A stretch of 64,000 nt of DNA from Planctomycetota bacterium (lineage in GTDB: Bacteria > Planctomycetota > B15-G4): contig JBBQUR010000001.1 of NCBI GenBank assembly GCA_038212275.1, forward strand, positions 64,001-128,000. Direction: 5' to 3'. Below, piece after piece: positions 58,342 through 64,000 of this stretch. The translations under genes and the position numbers were made by a program. Numbering within the stretch: the first letter of the stretch is position 1; the number at the start of each line of letters is the position of its first letter. Below the pieces are notes generated by a model. That model was given only the letters and a program-made list of their open reading frames with translations, did no database searches and had not been told where the DNA came from.

Positions 58342-59037
58342 TCAGGAATTCCGCGAGGTGCAGGCCGAAGTGAGCTCGTCGAAGAGCCGGCGCTGGCGCG
58401 CATCGTCCAGCATGCGCTCGGGATGCCACTGGACGCCCAGCAGAAAGGGAGCGGAGCATGACTCGAATGCTTCGACGATGCCGTCAGGCGCATGCGCGAC
58501 GGCCACGAGGTCGGCGCCGAGCCGGTTCACCGCCTGATGATGCTCCGTGTTGACGGCGAAACGGCTGCCGAGGAGTTCCGCCAGGCGGCTGCCGAGCCGG
58601 GCCTGCACGTCGTGGCGGCGCAGGAAGCTCGGGTCGCGGTGATCCACGAGCGAGGCGATGTCGGGAACGTGCTGGTGCAGGCTTCCTCCGCTGGCGACGT
58701 TCAGCGTCTGCATGCCGCCGCAGATTCCCAGGGCCGGCATGCGTCGCGCTATCACGGCGCGTGCCAGCAGCAACTCCGTCGCCATGCGCGAGGCATGCAT
58801 CAAGGTGGTTTCCGCATGGAGTGGCTCGCCCCAGAGCGCCGGGTCGAGATCCTCACTGCCCGTGAAGACGATGCCCTGCAGCCGGTCGAGCAGCGCGTGC
58901 GCTGCTGCCTCCGCTGTGATGAAGGGCAGCGGTACGGGCAGAGCTCCGGCCGCGTGAAGCGCCAGGACATATCTCGGGTTGACCCGAGGCTGCCCATCGG
59001 AGTCCGCACTGCACGTCACGCCTATGAACGGTTGCAT
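58342..59037 (-). CDS. Gamma-glutamyl-gamma-aminobutyrate hydrolase family (peptidase C26, class I GATase)
   Basis: LGICGGMQ, HHQAV and GVQWHPE (Cys-His-Glu triad). Confidence 0.9.
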   Translation of the reverse strand: MQPFIGVTCSADSDGQPRVNPRYVLALHAAGALPVPLPFITAEAAAHALLDRLQGIVFTGSEDLDPALWGEPLHAETTLMHASRMATELLLARAVIARRMPALGICGGMQTLNVASGGSLHQHVPDIASLVDHRDPSFLRRHDVQARLGSRLAELLGSRFAVNTEHHQAVNRLGADLVAVAHAPDGIVEAFESCSAPFLLGVQWHPERMLDDARQRRLFDELTSACTSRNS

Positions 59038-59045
59038 CGCGGAAG

Positions 59046-59053
59046 ATTATAGT
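59046..59053. promoter_or_regulatory. Overlapping bidirectional -10 elements
   Basis: ATTATAGT gives TATAAT on the minus strand (59046-59051) and TATAGT on the plus strand (59048-59053). Confidence 0.7.
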
Positions 59054-59060
59054 GGGCCGC

Positions 59061-60302
59061 ATGACCGAGGCGACACCGGGGACACGCCTGCAGCAGCGAC
59101 TTTCCGGCCTGGTGGACCTGGAGCGCTCGCGCGGCTTTCACGCAGGTCAGGTTCCCCTCGGACTCGACCGCATGGAGAGCCTCCTCGCCGCGCTTCCGAC
59201 GCTGGCCTGGCCACGACTCTCCGTCCACGTCGCCGGCAGCGAGGGCAAGACGTCGACGACCGAACTCATCGCGGCCGGTCTGACGGCCCAGCGCCTGCTG
59301 ACTGCGACCTACACGTCGCCGCACCTGTCGGACGTCCGCGAACGGATGCGCATCGGAGGAGTCTTCCCTCCGGAGGCTCCGCTCGACGTCGCGGTCGACG
59401 TCGTGGATGGAGCGGCCGCTCGCCTCGGGCTTCAACCCACGTTCTTCGAATTCCTGACCGCCACGGCCAGGGTGCTCTACGCGCACACAGGCGTCGATGC
59501 CGTCGTCTGGGAAACAGGGCTGGGCGGACGACTTGACGCAACGCGACTCATGGCTGCCGATCTCTGCGTGATCACGTCGATCAGCCTCGAACACACGGCC
59601 ATCCTGGGAGACACGCTTGCCCAGATTGCCGCCGAGAAGGCGGGCATCCTGCGCGCAGGTGTGCCCCTTGTCCTCGGAGCCGACGTGCCGGCCGCCGCAC
59701 GCGAGGTGATACTCGCTCAAGCCGACGCGATGCAGTGTGAGGTGGTCAACGTGGCGCCGGCCGGGGCGGATTTCCGTTCCCGAAATCGCGCCACGGCGCG
59801 CACCGCGCTTGCCGTTCTCGCCGACCGCGGACTGATCGATGAGCCTGACGAGGCGGTGGAAGCTGCTCTCGCGTTCCATCTCGTGGCAGGGCGACTGCAT
59901 CGCTGCGGTGATGTACTTTTCGATGGCGCCCACACGGCAGCGGCTTGCGGCTCGCTTGCCGGGACGCTGCTCGACTCGGACGGCGTCCGGGACATCGGCT
60001 GCGTGCTCTTCGGCGCCACGTCGGGCCGTGACACGGCGGCGATGATGACTCCCCTGTTGCCGCTCGGCTGCCCGTTGATACTCACTCGCGCGCCCGGCGA
60101 CCGTGGCGTGGACCCGGAAGAACTTGCATGCCAGCTGGCCCCCGGACGCGCGCTTGTCGTGGACAACCCTGAGCAGGCCCTGACCCGCGCCCGGCAACTC
60201 GCCCGGGAACACGCGGCCAGGAATCCAGGCGCCGGGCACACCGTGCTCGTGACGGGTTCACTGCATCTCGTCGGCTGCCTGCTCGGGGTTGCGTGTCACT
60301 GA
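59061..60302 (+). CDS. folC: Folylpolyglutamate synthase / dihydrofolate synthase
   Basis: HVAGSEGKTS, YTSPHL...RER, TFFE, ETGLGGRLDAT, IAAEKAGI, DGAH and VTGSLHLVG. Confidence 0.92.
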   Translation: MTEATPGTRLQQRLSGLVDLERSRGFHAGQVPLGLDRMESLLAALPTLAWPRLSVHVAGSEGKTSTTELIAAGLTAQRLLTATYTSPHLSDVRERMRIGGVFPPEAPLDVAVDVVDGAAARLGLQPTFFEFLTATARVLYAHTGVDAVVWETGLGGRLDATRLMAADLCVITSISLEHTAILGDTLAQIAAEKAGILRAGVPLVLGADVPAAAREVILAQADAMQCEVVNVAPAGADFRSRNRATARTALAVLADRGLIDEPDEAVEAALAFHLVAGRLHRCGDVLFDGAHTAAACGSLAGTLLDSDGVRDIGCVLFGATSGRDTAAMMTPLLPLGCPLILTRAPGDRGVDPEELACQLAPGRALVVDNPEQALTRARQLAREHAARNPGAGHTVLVTGSLHLVGCLLGVACH

Positions 60303-63241
60303 ACGCGTCCGTGCTTTCCCTGCTGGCGATGCTCGCCTTCGGGGCGGCCTCGGCATTGCTTGGCCTCGACGCGTGCAGGCTCGGCAACGCCTTTCTTCCT
60401 GGCGTGCACCCGGCGTCGGCCTGGGCCTTTCCCGCGTCTTGCATCGCGTTTGGCGCGGGCGCTGCATTCACTGCGTGGCGGCACGCAGGCCGTCGCGCGG
60501 ATCACATCTCGCGATGGTTCGCGGCAGCGGCTGCGGGCGCGCTCGCCGGCCCGGCGCTGTGGCACGCGTGGACCACGCCCGTGCCGCCACTGTCCGTCTT
60601 TGGGCGCGCCGCCGTGGCTTCCGCGGCGTTCGCGCCGGCCTGGTTCTGCCTGGGCGCCGCGCTTCCGCTGCTGGCCGCGATGCAGACGCAGAACCGGAAG
60701 GGCGGGTGGCATGACACGGCGGTGATGATCTGCTGGATCGCCCTCGGCTCGGCGGTGGCTGCCTGGCGCTGGCTTCCCATGTTGCTCGCAGGCCTGCGTC
60801 CCGCGGACTTCGCAGCTGCCATGCTCGTCGGCGCGTCCCTGGTGTCGTCCGTGCTCACCGGCCTGTCGCGATCCGGTGCTGTGGTCGGCGTGTCGCCGAC
60901 GAACGCCTCTCCCGTGCCTCCCGCGACGCGGTCATCGGCACGGGCGGCGCCCGAAACGCTCACGCTGACAGCTCGGAGACGCAGGGCATCCTGGCTGGGC
61001 CTCGGCGTGACCGGGGTGGCATGCGGATTCGCGCTGCCTGCACTACTGCGGGTCGTGGCGGCGCACGACGGCGACGGGCTCGCCATGAGCAGCCAGGTCG
61101 TCCTGCTTCTGAGCCTTGCCGGCCTCGTCATCAGCTTCGATGGGAAGGGCGTGCTCACCGGTCGCTGGTCCGATGATGCCGTCTTGTGGCTGCTGTTCGC
61201 GTGGGCAGCGCCTGCATCCGCGACAGCCGCGTCGGACACTCCGGGGCGACTGCTCGAAGCGCTGCCCGTCGCACTTGTGGCCGGTGCCCTGGTGCGAGCA
61301 CTGCGCCGTGGAGTGGCGCATGCCGTGAGTCGGTCAGCTGCGGCAGAATCGCCTGAAGTCGCATGGGGACGGGTCTGCGCCGTGCTGGCATGTGGCACGG
61401 GGCTGGGTGCCGCTGCGTGCAGCCTCTGGGCTCTCGGTGCCGCGGGACTCGGTGCGCTGTCGCTGCTGCACGCGATCGGGTGGCTGACAGCAGCGGCGCT
61501 CTTGTTGGCAGGGATCGCACGTGATGGTCCCGGCTGGCGGATGGCCTGGCCTGGCGGCATCGCGGTGGTCGTGCTGCTGATGGCACCCGAGCGGCCGACC
61601 TTTCCCTGGACCGCCCGTGACCCGCAGGATCGCCTGCTGCGTCAAGTCGAGGATGCCCGAGGGGTGTTGTCCGTGGTCGGCGTGAACGGCGGGCGTGCGG
61701 AACTCGATCAGGCCGGGCAGCCCTTCGCACCCGAGGGCCGGCAGTCGTGGCTGGCGCGGCGCATGGGGCGCATCTCGGCAAGCTTCGCGCCGGAGGCCAG
61801 GCAGGCCGCCGTGCTTGATCTGGGCAGCGGGTTGCTCGTTGCGAGCCTCGCGGCAGTGACTCCCGCCAACGTGCTGTGCGTCGAAGCCAATGCCGCTCGC
61901 CTGAGCTTGCTCGGCGAGTTGCCATTCGAGGCGGACCAGTCGGCGCGTGGCGCCGCACCGACGATCGTGCTCGCCGATCCGGGTGCCTGGCTGGTGGCGC
62001 ATCCTCGCGCCTGCGACCTGATCGTCGGGCAACCTCCCGTGCCGGATCGTGCGGGCGACCTCGGGAGCAGTTCGGTCGAGCACTTCCTGGCAATGCGCGC
62101 AGCGCTGAGGGAGGGAGGCGTGGCGGTGCAGTGGTTTTCGCTCGAGCGCTATCCGTGGCCCGCCTTCGCGAGTGCCGCCCGCGCCTTCCTCACCGCGTTC
62201 CCGGACGCACGCCTGTTTGTCGCCTCGCTTCGCGCGGACACGCCGCTCGTCGCGCTCGTCGGTGGCATGTCGCGAGGTCTGCCGAGACGCGAGGCCGTGG
62301 ATGCGCTGCTTGCGCACGCTCCCTCCGTGGCAGGTCCGCCCGCCAGCCCGGACATCATGGATCTGTATGTGTGCGATGCCTGGGCACTCGAGCGACGCTT
62401 TCGTGACGAGCCGGCCGACACGCTCGCCGAGCCATGGGTCGCCTTGCGTGGCGAGCGGCGAGTCGACGACCAGGCCTTGATAGCCCGCACCAACCTGCGC
62501 CAGCTTGCCGGACTTGCACAGCCGCTCGACACGACCTCCTTCGAGGCGCGGCCGATCAATGACCGGGACAATCGACTCCTGGGAGCAGAGCTCACGGCGA
62601 GGTCGGCGGCGCTCGCGTCGCTGCTGCTCGCGCGTGCCGCATGGTCCGAACTTCGCGACGCGGCTCCGGGCGAGCTCTCGAGCAATGAGCGCGCATCGCT
62701 CGAAGACGAACTGAGTGCCACGCTGCTGGCCGCATGGAAAGCCGCTCCTGGTCACCTCGATGTACGCGACACGCTGCTGGAATGGGCGGGCGACCTGGTG
62801 AAGCAGCAGCGCCTGGAGCTCGCGGGCGCCTTGCTTCAGTCGGCGGTCGGCGTGGCGCCCGACGGAGGGCTGCTCGGTCTGTTCGGCGGCGTGCTGTTGC
62901 AGCTCGATCACGTTGCGCCGGCGCGCGACCTGCTCATGCGCGCACGGGAACTCGCTCCCCGGGATCTCACGGTGCTCGTCAACCTGGGGACGGCGCAGTT
63001 GTGGCTCGGGCAGGATGCGGCCGCGCGCGCCACGCTCTCGGCGGCGCGTAAGGTCTCCGCTCCAGCGCCGCTGCCGCCGCTCGCCGAGGTCACGCTGGGC
63101 CTGCTGGACGGTGATCAGCCCAGCGTCGCGTCGGCGCGTGCACTGCTGGAACAACTTCCCTCGGACAGCCCGTGGCGAGCTGCGCTGGATCGCCTGCTGC
63201 AGACGCCGCCGTCAGGCAGCCCTCCGCCCGGGGCGCCCTAG
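60293..63241 (+). CDS. Multi-TM protein fused to a spermidine-synthase-like SAM-dependent domain and a C-terminal TPR
   Basis: About 12 hydrophobic helices, then VLDLGSG...CVE...DLIV..PP...EHF...LREGGVAVQW and a TPR-like tail. Confidence 0.72.
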   Translation: MSLNASVLSLLAMLAFGAASALLGLDACRLGNAFLPGVHPASAWAFPASCIAFGAGAAFTAWRHAGRRADHISRWFAAAAAGALAGPALWHAWTTPVPPLSVFGRAAVASAAFAPAWFCLGAALPLLAAMQTQNRKGGWHDTAVMICWIALGSAVAAWRWLPMLLAGLRPADFAAAMLVGASLVSSVLTGLSRSGAVVGVSPTNASPVPPATRSSARAAPETLTLTARRRRASWLGLGVTGVACGFALPALLRVVAAHDGDGLAMSSQVVLLLSLAGLVISFDGKGVLTGRWSDDAVLWLLFAWAAPASATAASDTPGRLLEALPVALVAGALVRALRRGVAHAVSRSAAAESPEVAWGRVCAVLACGTGLGAAACSLWALGAAGLGALSLLHAIGWLTAAALLLAGIARDGPGWRMAWPGGIAVVVLLMAPERPTFPWTARDPQDRLLRQVEDARGVLSVVGVNGGRAELDQAGQPFAPEGRQSWLARRMGRISASFAPEARQAAVLDLGSGLLVASLAAVTPANVLCVEANAARLSLLGELPFEADQSARGAAPTIVLADPGAWLVAHPRACDLIVGQPPVPDRAGDLGSSSVEHFLAMRAALREGGVAVQWFSLERYPWPAFASAARAFLTAFPDARLFVASLRADTPLVALVGGMSRGLPRREAVDALLAHAPSVAGPPASPDIMDLYVCDAWALERRFRDEPADTLAEPWVALRGERRVDDQALIARTNLRQLAGLAQPLDTTSFEARPINDRDNRLLGAELTARSAALASLLLARAAWSELRDAAPGELSSNERASLEDELSATLLAAWKAAPGHLDVRDTLLEWAGDLVKQQRLELAGALLQSAVGVAPDGGLLGLFGGVLLQLDHVAPARDLLMRARELAPRDLTVLVNLGTAQLWLGQDAAARATLSAARKVSAPAPLPPLAEVTLGLLDGDQPSVASARALLEQLPSDSPWRAALDRLLQTPPSGSPPPGAP

Positions 63242-64000
63242 CGCGGGCGCTGCTTGCCGCGAAGCCTTCCGGTCGCGCGCTTGCCTTTTTCCGCGCGATC
63301 TCTGCCTTTGCCCGGCCCGGACTTGCCAGATCGGGTGGCGCCGCGCCGGCCGTCATGGACCTTGTCTCGCGCCAACCGCATCGAGGCCGGGTGATCCGGC
63401 TTGGCGCCTCGCGCGCTTCCGCTGCCACGCCGGGCTTTGCTGCCGCCCGCTTCCTTCGGCTCGGGAGCTGTCTTCGGCCGGCCGCCGCGCCGCCCGCGCG
63501 GTTCGAGCTTGGGCACGTCCACGCCCGCGCCGCGCCCGGTCTTCGGCACCACGATGCGGCCCGTCCCGTGCGCCGGTCTGCCTCCGAGCCGGATCACGGC
63601 CTGCGCGCTCTGTCGGAGTGCGGAGACTTCAGCGGGCTGCAGCGCGCGCACCTCGCCGGGCCGCAGGTCGCCCAGCTCGATCGGGCCGATGCTCATGCGC
63701 GTGAGGCGGCGCACTTCATGTCCGAAGCGCGCGCACAGGCGGCGGATCTCGCGCTTGCGTCCTTCCTGCAGCGAGATGGCCAGCACGGTGCGTTCACGAA
63801 AGCGGTGCACGACCTCGATGTCCACCGGACCGGTGCGGCCCTCGGACAACCAGACACCCTTGCGCATCGTTTCGATCGTCGCGTCGTCCGGGACGCCGTC
63901 GACTTCCACGCGATACATCTTGTGGACGCCGAAACGTGGGTGGCTGACGAGGTGGCACAGCTCGCCGTCGTTGGTGAGAATGATCGCACCCTCGCTGTCG
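63238..64000 (-). CDS. rluB: 23S rRNA pseudouridine synthase (RluB/RsuA family), 5' end outside the window
   Basis: DSEGAIILTNDGE, HPRFGVHKMY, EGRKREIRR and L.R..IG.I.L..L..G. Long basic C-terminal tail. Confidence 0.88.
   Translation of the reverse strand, partial: DSEGAIILTNDGELCHLVSHPRFGVHKMYRVEVDGVPDDATIETMRKGVWLSEGRTGPVDIEVVHRFRERTVLAISLQEGRKREIRRLCARFGHEVRRLTRMSIGPIELGDLRPGEVRALQPAEVSALRQSAQAVIRLGGRPAHGTGRIVVPKTGRGAGVDVPKLEPRGRRGGRPKTAPEPKEAGGSKARRGSGSARGAKPDHPASMRLARDKVHDGRRGATRSGKSGPGKGRDRAEKGKRATGRLRGKQRPR

Overview
A GC-rich, gene-dense bacterial chromosomal segment. Gene content suggests an uncultured Planctomycetota lineage: a planctomycete-type RNase HII-like protein, a DUF6677-like membrane protein, and many HEAT/TPR, carboxypeptidase-regulatory-like and FG-GAP/VCBS proteins. 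This taxonomic call is inference. The window holds about 50 protein genes and one tRNA-Glu(CUC). Most are housekeeping or envelope genes: dapA-dapD-PLP decarboxylase, aroK, aroB, folC, glnE, lgt, fabZ, rnd, dprA, rluB (partial), an LPS GT9/kinase pair and an NfeD-flotillin pair. There is also a TetR-adjacent lipid-oxidoreductase/ceramidase-like cluster. I found no CRISPR array, IS element, integrase or prophage. Main observations: (1) three large secreted Ca-binding FG-GAP/VCBS proteins, two of them tandem paralogs and one with a different architecture, all end in a shared ~120-aa C-terminal domain, a candidate lineage-specific sorting or anchoring module; (2) a lipoprotein TPR-CHAT protein whose caspase-like catalytic dyad appears lost; (3) recurrent leaderless promoters, including one bidirectional -10 element between puuD-like and folC; (4) a small accessory islet with a frameshifted gene and an AbiEii-like NTase/small-protein pair; (5) slippage-type Ala/Gly insertions in several enzymes; (6) an apparent drop in GC after ~48 kb. 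Product calls come from motif recognition only, with no database searches, and many start codons are my best estimates.
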